Shown: in pieces, positions 19,804 to 30,645 of the stretch
Layout: each line of letters starts with the position of its first letter
Numbering within the stretch: the first letter of the stretch is position 1
NCBI GenBank assembly: GCA_963665815.1
Contig: OY762463.1
Span: 1,408,001-1,472,000 of the forward strand
DNA: 64,000 bases
Direction of reading: 5' to 3'
Source of the DNA: Candidatus Cloacimonadales bacterium
GTDB lineage: Bacteria > Cloacimonadota > Cloacimonadia > Cloacimonadales > JAIOQZ01
The notes under the pieces: generated by a model
The model's database searches: none
What the model saw: the letters and a program-made list of their open reading frames with translations, nothing else
Told to the model about the DNA's origin: nothing
Position numbers and translations under genes: made by a program

Positions 19804-21240
19804 CTAAAACTGGAAATATATGAATTTTTGCTTTATTCCACCCATCCACATGATACTGAATATTAGAAGGCAATAAATAATCCACCTGATAAATCTGTAT
19901 GGAATTTCCTTTTGAATATCCAATGCATGTGTTTTCTTTCGCTGAATCCATTCTATGAATACAAAAACAGCAACAACCAGCAATTTTCTGTGAGGCATTA
20001 CATCTGGATAAGTAAATAAAGATCGGTCAAAAATTCCTTCGAGATAGAGCAATGCATCTTTCACTGTTTCTGCCCTGAAGAATATCCAGGCAATAACTGT
20101 CATGATAAATGTCGTAAGAATTTGAAAAGACTCTTTGAAATTTGGTAAGAAACTATTTTCTGCAGCAATATCTGTGTTTTGCCTATTTCGTTTTGACAAT
20201 AAAAGGGGAAGAAAGTATAAAGCGTTTAGCATACCCCATGCGATAAATGTCCAATTCGCTCCATGCCAGAAACCGCTGACAATAAATATAATAAAAGTAT
20301 TTCGCACTTTCTTGAGCATTGTACCTCGGGATCCACCAAGGGGAATATAAAGGTAATCTCTGAACCATGTAGATAAAGAGATATGCCATCTTCTCCAGAA
20401 CTCTGCAATATCTCTTGAAAAATAGGGGTATGCGAAATTTCGCATTAACTCGAAACCAAACAACTTTGCCGTACCAATCGCAATATCTGAATAAGCAGAG
20501 AAATCTCCATAGATTTGGAATGAAAAGCAGATTGCTCCAACAACAAGAACGGAACCTGAATGATCTGCATAATTATTGAATATTGTATTTGCATAATATG
20601 CCATTGAATCTGCTATAACAATTTTCTTGAAAAGACCCCATAATATCTGCCTCATACCATCATTAGCTTTATTGTAATCGAATTTTCTCTGCTTATAAAA
20701 CTGAGGTAAGAGGTGAGTTGCTCTTTCGATAGGTCCGGCAACCAATTGAGGGAAAAAGCTGACGAAAGCAAAGAAGGAAAAAATATCATTCGTAGGAGTC
20801 AGTTTCTTTTTATAGACATCAATTGAATAACTCAAAGTCTGAAATGTATAAAAACTAATACCAACAGGAAGTACTACTCTCAATCGGTATGGGTCAAAGT
20901 GAGATCCAAACAATGTAAATGCATTTGCAAAGCTTTCAGCAAAAAAGTTATAATATTTAAAAAAGCCAAGAAATCCGAGGTTGATTATTAAACTCATTAA
21001 AAGAAATACTTTTCGTTTAGCATTTGATTCCGTTTTACTCATTAGTAACGCAACATAATAATCAACAAAAGAGCTGAAGGCAATTAAGAAAAGAAATCTC
21101 CAATCCCACCAACCATAAAAAACATAGCTGGCAACAACAAGAAATATATTTTGATACTTCACATCTTTGTTATCTAACAACCAGTAAATCAGAAACACTA
21201 AAGGTAAAAAAACAGCAAATTCTATTGAATTAAACAACAT
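19804..21240 (-). CDS. MBOAT O-acyltransferase (AlgI/DltB family)
   Basis: MLFNS, LPVGISFYTFQ, FFPQLVAGPIER, QIYGDFSAYSD, EFWRRWHISLS, SGFWHGA. Confidence 0.95.
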   Translation of the reverse strand: MLFNSIEFAVFLPLVFLIYWLLDNKDVKYQNIFLVVASYVFYGWWDWRFLFLIAFSSFVDYYVALLMSKTESNAKRKVFLLMSLIINLGFLGFFKYYNFFAESFANAFTLFGSHFDPYRLRVVLPVGISFYTFQTLSYSIDVYKKKLTPTNDIFSFFAFVSFFPQLVAGPIERATHLLPQFYKQRKFDYNKANDGMRQILWGLFKKIVIADSMAYYANTIFNNYADHSGSVLVVGAICFSFQIYGDFSAYSDIAIGTAKLFGFELMRNFAYPYFSRDIAEFWRRWHISLSTWFRDYLYIPLGGSRGTMLKKVRNTFIIFIVSGFWHGANWTFIAWGMLNALYFLPLLLSKRNRQNTDIAAENSFLPNFKESFQILTTFIMTVIAWIFFRAETVKDALLYLEGIFDRSLFTYPDVMPHRKLLVVAVFVFIEWIQRKKTHALDIQKEIPYRFIRWIIYCLLIFSIMWMGGIKQKFIYFQF

Positions 21241-21330
21241 ATAGAATCATCCTCAGGCAAATATAGTTAATCAACAGCATATAAAAACAAATGATAATTG
21301 TCAACAAATATTTGGCATTGTTAATACTTA

Positions 21331-24300
21331 TTAGTTATTTAACAATTTTGTAAGAATTGCACTCAGCTCATGTGTCTGATAAGGTTTTTTTATGAATCCT
21401 TCCAACCCTCTTCTATTGAGTTCTTCAAGATTACTCACTGTTGTATAACCTGTTGAAAGTATTATCGGTACATCATTTCTTATTTCCTTAATTTTCAGGA
21501 ATGCTTCTGTACCGTTCATTTTAGGCATTATCATATCAAGAATCACAAGATCTATTTCATCTTTCTTTTCTGAAAACAATTCCACACCTTCAGTTCCATC
21601 TTCCGCGAGAATAACTCTGTATCCCAGTTCTTCGAGAATAAATCTGCCTGTTACCCTGATGCTATATTCGTCGTCAACAAGGAGAATCGTTCCTTTTCCG
21701 CGTGGAATTTCTTGAGATACTACGCTTTCCCTGACTTTGTTGATGGAACAGGGAAGTAATATTGTTACACATGTCCCCTTTCCAACCTCACTCTCTATTG
21801 ATATCGTACCTCTATGTTCAACAACTGTAGAATATACAATTGATAACCCTAATCCTGTCCCCTCATCTTTACCCTTTGTTGTAAAAAAAGGTTCGAATAT
21901 CCTTGCAACATTCTGAGGACTCACTCCTTTACCATTATCTTCTACTTTAATTTCCACAAACAATCCGGGATCAATCTCAAATGGACTTTTATAACAAAAT
22001 TCCTGATCCAAAACCTTGTTTTGCGTAGAGATCTTTATAAATCCTGACTCATTCAAAGCATGAGTTGAGTTAATACAGAGATTCATCAATGCATTCTGAA
22101 TAGCTGAACTATGACCGCTTATAATATCATCTTCAGCTTCGGGTAATATATCAATATCAATCATCTTAATATTCGTATTCTTGAGAATAGAGACTGTATC
22201 AACAATAATCTGGTGAATATTCAAAGATTGTGACTGGCTCTCTTCATCTCTGGAGAAGGCCAGCAACTTAGAAGTTAGATCAGCTGCTCTGACAGTCAAT
22301 TGCTGTATCATTGCCAACAGTTTCTTAGCCTTATCATCCAGGTTTCTTTTAGGAGACTTCAATAGCTGAACAGAACCCATAATCCCACTGAGCATATTAT
22401 TAAAATCATGTGCCACTCCCCCTGCCAATTGTCCTAATGCCTCCATCTTTGTATGATGATTTAACTGCTGTGTCAAATTAGCCCTCATACACTCATCTTC
22501 TTTAAGTTTTGTAATGTCTTCCGCTACATTCATATAATTCGTTATATTCCAGTTCTCATCAAACACAGGTGAGACATTGGATAGCGTCCAGAACAAATCT
22601 CCATTCTTTTTCTTTGTCTGCATCTCTCCCTGCCAGACTCGTCCTTTCAGAATAATTTTGTGCATCTCATCATAGATTTTACTATTTTCATTATCTGGTC
22701 TCAGCATATCAGGAGTTTGTCCTTTTATGTCGTCAAGCTTGAAACCTGTAACTTCTGTAAACTTTGGATTCACGTAATCAATCTTTCCACGATCATCAGT
22801 AATCAGAATCAATGAAGGACTCTGTGTAACTGCAGTAGAAAGTTTTCTAAGCATTTCCAAAGCTTCAACTTTTTTAGAAACATCTCTTGCAGCAATCACC
22901 GCTCCGGAAATCTCTTTATTTTCATTGTAGTAAGGAGAAATTGTAAACTCAAACACCTTTCTATCCGGATTAGCTATTTCTGCTTTAAACTCTGTAATTT
23001 CTCCGGAAAGGCAGGTTGATAAATTTGATTTCAGGATTTCAGTAAACTCATTGTCTGCATGTGCATTATAAATACTCATGCCTTGAAAATCCTCTATTCC
23101 CGGAATAAATGTTATTGCATAGTTTCTGTTTACAACAAGATATTCCATATTTTTACTTATCAATGCCAGCATATTTGTTGAATTAGACACTATAGTTTCA
23201 TAATGTTTTAAAAGATTTTTTGCATCCTTGAGATGAGATATCATTCTAGCCTGCTGAATATTCTGATATGCTTTCTGAGACAGTTGATTTGCAAGTGTAA
23301 ACATTAATTGAGCTATATCATTGAATTTTTTATATCCTGTTATTGGCAGTTCGTTATATGCAGTTCTAAACTCATTAACTCCTATTTTATTTTCTGCTGC
23401 CAATCTTGTCAGATCCTTTTCCTGCAAATCTGTATCTTTTACCTGTCCAATTAACCAGGTTGCAATATGCTTGTCATGAATCATTATTTTAGTACCCGCA
23501 TCCAGAAGACCGGTTACCGGGCACCTCTTGATTAAAGGCTTATTACCGGAGGAGTTGCCTATTCCTTTTACAAATTTTACACAATTTTCTTCGCATAATT
23601 CCTTATTACCAATTATCATTTGGCAAATATTCTGAACATTACTCGGAATAGTTATTGTTTTTCCTGAGGGTTTCATTATCACAGAAGCTATTCCATATGC
23701 CCGGGCAAAGTCATCCTGTAACTTCTGTATTTCCTGCACATTAAATAATGATTCAAATGTAATGTTACCAGTACTTGTTATCGGTTCTGTCAAGGCTATT
23801 ATTCTTTTCTCAATTGCTTTTTCTACACGCTTCTTAACTGAGATATCCCTGAAAACGCAGTATGTCTGTTTAAAGCTGCCATCCTGCTTTGTACCTATCA
23901 TCCCATCAAATGCAATATCCAGGTAATGACCTTTCTTATGCCTGATCTTAAATTCTACACCATTGATAAATCCTCTCTTTTTGAAAGCTGGAAAGTTCTT
24001 ATCAAAATGTTGTTTCCAGTCTTCGTGAAGCAAATCTGCAAAGCTTTGCCCAATTACATCTGAGTCATCATAACCAAGCGTTTTCTGCCAGGCAGGATTA
24101 ACATCAATCAGGTTCCCATTTTCATCGAGTGATTGATAAGCCAGAGGTGCATTATCATATAATGCTCTGAATTTTTTTTCGCTCTGAATAAGTGAGTTTT
24201 CTGTCTCTACTCTTTCTGTCACATCCCGCATTATACCCAACATAACTTTTTCACCTGACTCATGTCTTTTAATGATAAAACCCATATCCTCAATATGCCC

Positions 24301-25689
24301 ATAAGTTCCATCTTCTTTAAGGAATCTGTATACACTCTCAAATGTTGACTCCTCTCTTATCGCTTTGTCCAGTGTTTCTATGGTTCTGACTTTGTCATCA
24401 GGGTGAAGCTTTGATGTCCAGTCATCAAAAGAATAACTGCTGAATGCTTCAACTGAATACCCCGTCACACCCTCAATATCTCCAGTCCAACTAATTCTAC
24501 CAGTACAGGGGTGATAGTTATATGTTATCTGTCCAGGAAGCTGAGTTATCAATCTGAATTCTTCGGTCTTATCTGATAACTCTTTAGATATCCTCTTGTT
24601 TTCACTGCTTTGAGCTTTGAGAGTATAAATAATATTATCATATACTGACAACATGGCATTTGATCTGATTAAGTCTTCCAGATTAAACTTTTCCTCATTA
24701 TTGTTACTAATTGCGAGTTTAGCATTAGCTTCCACAAACTCAATATATTGACTAAGTGGAAAGATTTGTAATAAGAACCAATTCAAACTTTTGATGTAAC
24801 CACTATATACAATCAGATCCTCTCCCGAATTATCCTTCAGAATGTCACTGAAACTTTCGTTTTCAGCAATGTCATCCAATATCTTAATCCCAAATCCTTT
24901 CCCTAAGGAATCGATTTTTCTAAAGATAATTTTCCCTTTTTCTTCAATTGGAATATCTGAAACCGAAGAATCTGATAAAATTTCTCCTCTTTTGTTAGTA
25001 AGTAGATATCTGTGATGTTTCACGAAGGATTCGAAAATGTCTTCTGAGAAAAAAGATTTTACAGGGGTATCTATGCTCCATAATCCAACAAATTCATTCT
25101 TAACATAAACAGGAATAGATGCTGAGATTATCAATCCTTCTCCGGCATAATCAATCGTCGGCTTTGTCCATCTTATTTCTCTATCAGGATTAATGTCCGG
25201 TTCTACAGTCTTAAATGTATGATATTCAAGCCAGTTGAAATCAGGAGTAATTGCAGTTTTCATATCTATATATGGATACTGAATAGATACATTCTCTATA
25301 TCCTGATAATAAATCCAGGCAGCTCCATCGAGGCTTTTTCGTATTTTCTTAAGAGTTTCCCCAAAATTTCTCAAAGCATAGATACGTTTTCTGATTTCTA
25401 TATCATCATTCTTGTCAGGTTGCCAGAAATAGCTCATCCCGGTATCTGAGAGTTTATTATTCCTGAAATCCCTCAAATCCTGCAATGGTTGAAAGAAACC
25501 ATCCTCATCCACTCCAAATTTACTGTCAATCCAATGATTAACATTAGTAGAATCAGGGTTTGCTTCGGAAAATATCATCTCTGTCAGAGTTTTCAATTGA
25601 TCAAGAGCAAAAAAGTAATTAGATAATCTGCATTCTATGGTATTCATACAAGATTTAAAATGGAGAAAAAAAACATCTTTATTGAACAT
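21331..25689 (-). CDS. Hybrid sensor histidine kinase (Cache-like, PAS x4, PocR-like, HisKA, HATPase, REC)
   Basis: WTKPTIDYAG Cache motif, LHPDD PAS, PocR-like CPVTGLLD...WLIGQV, AHDFNNML H-box, FEPFFTTK...GTGLGL, LDMIMPKMNG. Confidence 0.92.
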   Translation of the reverse strand: MFNKDVFFLHFKSCMNTIECRLSNYFFALDQLKTLTEMIFSEANPDSTNVNHWIDSKFGVDEDGFFQPLQDLRDFRNNKLSDTGMSYFWQPDKNDDIEIRKRIYALRNFGETLKKIRKSLDGAAWIYYQDIENVSIQYPYIDMKTAITPDFNWLEYHTFKTVEPDINPDREIRWTKPTIDYAGEGLIISASIPVYVKNEFVGLWSIDTPVKSFFSEDIFESFVKHHRYLLTNKRGEILSDSSVSDIPIEEKGKIIFRKIDSLGKGFGIKILDDIAENESFSDILKDNSGEDLIVYSGYIKSLNWFLLQIFPLSQYIEFVEANAKLAISNNNEEKFNLEDLIRSNAMLSVYDNIIYTLKAQSSENKRISKELSDKTEEFRLITQLPGQITYNYHPCTGRISWTGDIEGVTGYSVEAFSSYSFDDWTSKLHPDDKVRTIETLDKAIREESTFESVYRFLKEDGTYGHIEDMGFIIKRHESGEKVMLGIMRDVTERVETENSLIQSEKKFRALYDNAPLAYQSLDENGNLIDVNPAWQKTLGYDDSDVIGQSFADLLHEDWKQHFDKNFPAFKKRGFINGVEFKIRHKKGHYLDIAFDGMIGTKQDGSFKQTYCVFRDISVKKRVEKAIEKRIIALTEPITSTGNITFESLFNVQEIQKLQDDFARAYGIASVIMKPSGKTITIPSNVQNICQMIIGNKELCEENCVKFVKGIGNSSGNKPLIKRCPVTGLLDAGTKIMIHDKHIATWLIGQVKDTDLQEKDLTRLAAENKIGVNEFRTAYNELPITGYKKFNDIAQLMFTLANQLSQKAYQNIQQARMISHLKDAKNLLKHYETIVSNSTNMLALISKNMEYLVVNRNYAITFIPGIEDFQGMSIYNAHADNEFTEILKSNLSTCLSGEITEFKAEIANPDRKVFEFTISPYYNENKEISGAVIAARDVSKKVEALEMLRKLSTAVTQSPSLILITDDRGKIDYVNPKFTEVTGFKLDDIKGQTPDMLRPDNENSKIYDEMHKIILKGRVWQGEMQTKKKNGDLFWTLSNVSPVFDENWNITNYMNVAEDITKLKEDECMRANLTQQLNHHTKMEALGQLAGGVAHDFNNMLSGIMGSVQLLKSPKRNLDDKAKKLLAMIQQLTVRAADLTSKLLAFSRDEESQSQSLNIHQIIVDTVSILKNTNIKMIDIDILPEAEDDIISGHSSAIQNALMNLCINSTHALNESGFIKISTQNKVLDQEFCYKSPFEIDPGLFVEIKVEDNGKGVSPQNVARIFEPFFTTKGKDEGTGLGLSIVYSTVVEHRGTISIESEVGKGTCVTILLPCSINKVRESVVSQEIPRGKGTILLVDDEYSIRVTGRFILEELGYRVILAEDGTEGVELFSEKKDEIDLVILDMIMPKMNGTEAFLKIKEIRNDVPIILSTGYTTVSNLEELNRRGLEGFIKKPYQTHELSAILTKLLNN

Positions 25690-25827
25690 ACTACCTCTTG
25701 AATGTAATTAATGTTTATTATTCATAACATAGACAATGATCTCTATTTTGTCAATGTTTATGATATTCAACAACTTTAGTGAAAATTTTTTGTTGTAATT
25801 GTTTCAGATATCCAGTATTTTGTATTA

Positions 25828-26982
25828 ATGGATATTATTAAGTTTAACATTGTAAAAAGAAAACTTTTCGAAGTCATTATTATACTTGCAGCAACAATAC
25901 TGCTATCTGAGCTTGTGTTCAGACTTCACCTGAGCATAGAAAGAAACAAAGAGCAACAGAATCTGTTCTTGATAAACTCTTATGTTGCTCAGGAGATTCA
26001 GAGAAACCTCTCAGAAGGTATATCCTCCCTCAATGCTATGGAATACATTCTTAAACTAAACAATTTTAGTACAGAATCATTTGATAGCTGGAAAACGACA
26101 CTTTTTGATCAGTACAATAAAATCTCTGCAATACAGTTAGCTCCAAACGGAGTTGTAAGGAAAATCTACCCTATTGAGAACAACGAAAAAGCAATCGGAC
26201 ATGATCTTCTGAAGGATAAACGAAGGAAAAAGGGGGCATTGAGAGCAATCAATGCTAAAGAAATAACTGTTATAGGTCCTTTAACACTGATTCAGAATGG
26301 TCGCAAAGCAATAATAGCGAGAAAGCCTGTATTCAAAGAGAATGAGTTCTGGGGGTTTGTTATTGTTTTAATTGATTTAAAGGACAAGCTGCTGAAGGAA
26401 ATGTCCGACATCGACCAGAAAAATCTATATTACCAGCTGGAGGGGAATAATCCGGATGATGATGATAACCCCATTATTGCACAAAATACTGATTCCTCAT
26501 CAGGCTGGATGTCTGAGTTTCCGATAATCCTTCCAAACAGCAAATGGGTTCTGAAGCTTAAGTACAAACATTTGGTTTATGCCGAGAGACATGAGCATAT
26601 ACTGATATTAACAGTATTCTTGTTTACGGCTGTTCTGTTCTCACTGCTTAGAATAAGAATGCTTAATAAAGCAGAAAAGCTTAAGGAACTTGAAGAAAGA
26701 AATACAATACTTGCTGCAGGAATAACCGCCAATCATGAGATTAAACAGCCCCTTTCTGTTATTCAAATGTATGTTGATATGATATATGCTATCTGCCAGA
26801 AGCATAATGTAACAGAATTTCAGAGATTTTATCCAAAAGTTATTGACTCAATAGAGCGAATCACAAAGATTCTCGACAGATTCAACAACATTGATTCATA
26901 TCACATTGATGACTATGTTAAAGGAATAAAAATGGTCGTTTTTGACGATAAAAAGGATAATGAAAATGAAAAAAATGATTAG
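25828..26982 (+). CDS. CHASE-domain membrane sensor with HisKA-like helix and no ATPase domain
   Basis: IQLAPNGVV..IYP..GHDLL..GPLTLIQ CHASE motifs between two TMs; ANHEIKQPL H-box; ends about 80 aa later. Confidence 0.75.
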   Translation: MDIIKFNIVKRKLFEVIIILAATILLSELVFRLHLSIERNKEQQNLFLINSYVAQEIQRNLSEGISSLNAMEYILKLNNFSTESFDSWKTTLFDQYNKISAIQLAPNGVVRKIYPIENNEKAIGHDLLKDKRRKKGALRAINAKEITVIGPLTLIQNGRKAIIARKPVFKENEFWGFVIVLIDLKDKLLKEMSDIDQKNLYYQLEGNNPDDDDNPIIAQNTDSSSGWMSEFPIILPNSKWVLKLKYKHLVYAERHEHILILTVFLFTAVLFSLLRIRMLNKAEKLKELEERNTILAAGITANHEIKQPLSVIQMYVDMIYAICQKHNVTEFQRFYPKVIDSIERITKILDRFNNIDSYHIDDYVKGIKMVVFDDKKDNENEKND

Positions 26983-27910
26983 AATAGTTCTTTCTGTATT
27001 CACACTCATGATTCTCTTTTTACTTAACGCGTGTAATACAGTCCACGTTAAATACTATCCCGTAAAGCAAGTACAAGCAGATACACTATCTCTGAAACCT
27101 TATGCAAAGTTTGACTCTGAAATGATCAACGAATCATCTGCACTGGTGAAAAGCAGACAATACGATGACGTATACTGGACACTGAATGATTCCGGTGATG
27201 AAAGCAGAATTTTTGCAGTAACACACGATGGTAACCTGATAAAACCAAAATGGGCAAGAAACTATTCCGGTATTCATATCCCTGATGCAGTGAATGTAGA
27301 CTGGGAAGATATTACTACCGATAACAATGGCAACTTGATAATCGGTGCCTGTGGGAACAACTCCAATGTGAGAAAAGACCTTGCAGTATACATTGTTAAA
27401 GAGCCACATCCTCTTGCAACATTCTCTACACGGTATTATAAGAAAATAGATTTTTACTATCCGGATCAAACATCATTTCCACCGGACACAACTAACTTCA
27501 ATTTTGACTGCGAAGCTATTTTCACATGCAGCAACACATTGTATTTCCTGTCAAAACACAGATCGGACACAAATACAAGATTATACAGACTTGATTCCTA
27601 TTTCACAGATATGCCTAATCCTCTGACAAAACTTGCTGAGTTTGAGATAAACGGTAGTGTAACTGCAGCTGATTGTTCAAAAGACGGTAAAAAACTGGCG
27701 GTTCTGACCTATAACAATATCTGGCTCTTCGAAGACTATGAAGATGATAATTTCTTCGATGGCAGAATGAGATTTATGCCGATAAAAGCTAAACAATGCG
27801 AAGCTATTGCCTTTGACGGAGATAAGCTGATAATTACCAATGAACAGATGGAATTGATTGAAGTTCCAATGGATAAATTCACTGACGTTTCTTTGGTTAC
27901 ACCTGAATAG
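26966..27910 (+). CDS. Putative lipoprotein, beta-propeller (SdiA-regulated/phytase-like)
   Basis: Lipobox LNAC; ESSAL, WTLNDSG, DWEDI, FDCEA, QCEAIAF; start uncertain (26960/26966/26975). Confidence 0.7.
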   Translation: MKKMIRIVLSVFTLMILFLLNACNTVHVKYYPVKQVQADTLSLKPYAKFDSEMINESSALVKSRQYDDVYWTLNDSGDESRIFAVTHDGNLIKPKWARNYSGIHIPDAVNVDWEDITTDNNGNLIIGACGNNSNVRKDLAVYIVKEPHPLATFSTRYYKKIDFYYPDQTSFPPDTTNFNFDCEAIFTCSNTLYFLSKHRSDTNTRLYRLDSYFTDMPNPLTKLAEFEINGSVTAADCSKDGKKLAVLTYNNIWLFEDYEDDNFFDGRMRFMPIKAKQCEAIAFDGDKLIITNEQMELIEVPMDKFTDVSLVTPE

Positions 27911-27933
27911 TATTTAGATAAATTTTTCGAGAC

Positions 27934-27959
27934 AGGAGATGCACTGATGTGCGTCTCCT
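27934..27959. terminator. Hairpin between convergent genes (bidirectional terminator or REP-like)
   Basis: AGGAGATGCAC-tgat-GTGCGTCTCCT. Confidence 0.6.
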
Positions 27960-28000
27960 TATTTTCTATATGTCATGACATTGCTGAAATGTGAGAAGTA

Positions 28001-30355
28001 TTATTTCAACATTATCATTTTGTTTATTAACGATGATTTTTCTGTTTTGACTTTATAGAAATATACTCCGGAACCTACACTTTTGTTGTTTTCGTCTGTC
28101 CCGTTCCATTCTATTGTGTGATGTCCGCTTTCCTTGTGCTCATTTACCAACTGCTTAACTTTCTGTCCTTTTATGTTATACACTTCAATGCAAGCATTTC
28201 CTTCTTCAGGAAGACTGTATGATATGGTTGTGGTTGGGTTAAACGGGTTAGGGTAGTTATAAGCAATTACCTTTGTGTCTTTAAAAGCTAAATCCTGATT
28301 GAAATTACCCACAGGCTGCCATTCATAACAGCCCATATCTACAGTACTGCCGTATGTTCTGGTGTTTCCTGCCAGATCAAGCAGTGGGAAATTACTGCCT
28401 GCTACTGCTCCGGCATCCACGCAGGGACTTGTTTCCTGCAATTTGTAATAGTCTGTGCTTGTGCTGTCTCCTCCGACAAACTCAGGCAAAACATCAATAT
28501 TGGTGTCTTCGTAAGTAAGTAGATGCTCGTTTTCTTTGGGTATTACCATAACTGATTGCTCTCCACCTAAAATCAGATTATTACTAATCGTGGAGGAGTT
28601 CTGGTGATCTACAGTACATATTGCTATTTCTCTGGAATCGTACATAGAATATGGATTGTAGAAAATATTATTATATACGTAAGAATTATTACCCACAATT
28701 TCAAACTTAACAAGCTGATCCTGAAAACTGATATAATTGTTGGCAAATGTATTATTCCTGACATATGTGTCACCATAAATAGAACCAATATACCCCACAG
28801 CCTGTGCGTTGTATGATATATTGTTTACTACAAGGTTGTTATCAAATACAACAAGACTGTCTCCAAACAGAACAAAAGCATTTTCATTGAGGGGGGCATA
28901 GCTTGTATTTCCATTGAATATACTGTTGGACACATAAACAGAGTCTGCTGTTACCCTTACTGCATTATCACAACATTCTATATGATACTCTGTTACCTGA
29001 TTACCGGTGAATTCGCAGCTATCTATGATTGCTTTACCAATACCATACATGTATAGTCCTGATTTGCTGTCTGTTGCCCTGCAATTCAGAATTTTCACAT
29101 TCCTTAGCTCAACATAATCGCAATCTTCAATCATTAAGCCAGTAATACTCCTGTCATAACAATTTTTTATGACAACATCCTTTAGTCTCACAGACTTACC
29201 ATTATCCCCCCGAAAAGTCAATCCTTCCCCGACAGGATTTTCTATTGTCAATCCGGATATTTCAATATCCTTGTATTCATACATTGCATACATAATACGT
29301 CTTTCCAATAAATAACCGCCAAGATAAGTGACATCTGAGCCTGCTCCGGCTAATCTGCAATGACTCTTTAATACAGGAGTATTAAATCTATCCAGAAACT
29401 GGAGCGAATAATCTCCGGCTGCAATATGTATAGTTTTAGGATTAAGACTGTCTGCTGCTATAAGTCTGCATGCATCTACTATTGAATACTTGGGATCATT
29501 GGATGTTAAACCGTTGTTATTGTCATCGCCATCCATGGATACATACAAATCTGCATTTACCGGTGTTATGTGCCCTCTGAGAATATCAAACTGCATGGGA
29601 TTTCCTGGGTTTGAAGAATAAAAGCTACTGTAGTTTGCATAATATCGGGATGGAACAGCTTCACTGAATTTATCAAGATAAATCATAGTTACAGTGTTGT
29701 AATCTCGCGGTATGGCATAATAATTAATATCCATACCTCCATACGCATAATTATTGTAAATACTGCATCTGTTGACTGAAGAAAAAATTATTTCTGAATT
29801 CATCTCAGGTTCATACTCCACCCCCCCCCCCTTCCATGCAAAGTTATCGTGAATATCAAGCCCGGATAACTCAATATCAATTTCTCCGGAGATAAATATT
29901 CCACCTCCGGCAAGCTCAACTCGGTTATCATATATTTCGCAATTGGTAATCTTCATATCACCATCGGCATTAATACTGATGCCACCACCCACAACACGAT
30001 CTTCTCCATAACCATTGGTAATTGTAAAACCTCTTATTTCTGCATTGTTTACCTGCTGTCCCCAGATTTCTATTACCTTGCCGACACCACAACCATTTAG
30101 TATGGTTTCTGCAATATAATGATCTTCTCCGGTTAGTGCTTCCATTGAATAAAGTTTTATTGATCTACCGTTAAAATTAAGATTTACTGCATAAAATCCA
30201 GGATATACAAGTACAATATCACCATCGGATGAGCTGTCTATTGCCTGCTGTATATCAGTAAAATCTCCGCTTCCATCGAGGTTTACAGTGTGGGTAGCAC
30301 TTATCAGAAGTATTGGTATCAATGTAACTATCAGTATTGCAAGCTGCTTTTTCAT
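28001..30355 (-). CDS. Secreted right-handed beta-helix protein with C-terminal FlgD-Ig/sorting-like domain (paralog 1)
   Basis: Signal peptide, DFTDIQQAID, GGGI repeats, SPCVDAG...DMGCYE, NYPNPFNP tail. Confidence 0.85.
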   Translation of the reverse strand: MKKQLAILIVTLIPILLISATHTVNLDGSGDFTDIQQAIDSSSDGDIVLVYPGFYAVNLNFNGRSIKLYSMEALTGEDHYIAETILNGCGVGKVIEIWGQQVNNAEIRGFTITNGYGEDRVVGGGISINADGDMKITNCEIYDNRVELAGGGIFISGEIDIELSGLDIHDNFAWKGGGVEYEPEMNSEIIFSSVNRCSIYNNYAYGGMDINYYAIPRDYNTVTMIYLDKFSEAVPSRYYANYSSFYSSNPGNPMQFDILRGHITPVNADLYVSMDGDDNNNGLTSNDPKYSIVDACRLIAADSLNPKTIHIAAGDYSLQFLDRFNTPVLKSHCRLAGAGSDVTYLGGYLLERRIMYAMYEYKDIEISGLTIENPVGEGLTFRGDNGKSVRLKDVVIKNCYDRSITGLMIEDCDYVELRNVKILNCRATDSKSGLYMYGIGKAIIDSCEFTGNQVTEYHIECCDNAVRVTADSVYVSNSIFNGNTSYAPLNENAFVLFGDSLVVFDNNLVVNNISYNAQAVGYIGSIYGDTYVRNNTFANNYISFQDQLVKFEIVGNNSYVYNNIFYNPYSMYDSREIAICTVDHQNSSTISNNLILGGEQSVMVIPKENEHLLTYEDTNIDVLPEFVGGDSTSTDYYKLQETSPCVDAGAVAGSNFPLLDLAGNTRTYGSTVDMGCYEWQPVGNFNQDLAFKDTKVIAYNYPNPFNPTTTISYSLPEEGNACIEVYNIKGQKVKQLVNEHKESGHHTIEWNGTDENNKSVGSGVYFYKVKTEKSSLINKMIMLK
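29821..29831 (-). repeat. G11 homopolymer in the coding strand of paralog 1
   Basis: Eleven consecutive C on the + strand, encoding K-G-G-G-V. Confidence 0.9.
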
Positions 30356-30645
30356 AGGTTTCCTTTAATATCTCACTCCATTCGCAAGGTCTTAAGACCA
30401 TTGCGAAGGTGTGAGATATATTTATTTATTGAAAAACACTCCATAGCGATTCGCAGAATGGGCATAGCATTTTCCAATTGGTTTTACACACCCTAAATCG
30501 AATAAGTTCGATAGGGTACGATATTTTCCAACCATTGCGGAGGTCTTAAGACCATTCGCAAGGGGAAAATACTATTTCAACATTATCATTTTGTTTATCA
30601 GCGATGATTTTTTGGTTTTGATTTTATAGAAATATACTCCGGAAC
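30273..30645. repeat. 373-bp junction repeat, copy 1 (gene 3' end + spacer with two REP-like hairpins + next gene 5' end)
   Basis: Identical by eye to 32844-33216; hairpins at 30368-30419 and 30522-30571 centred on GGTCTTAAGACC. Confidence 0.9.
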
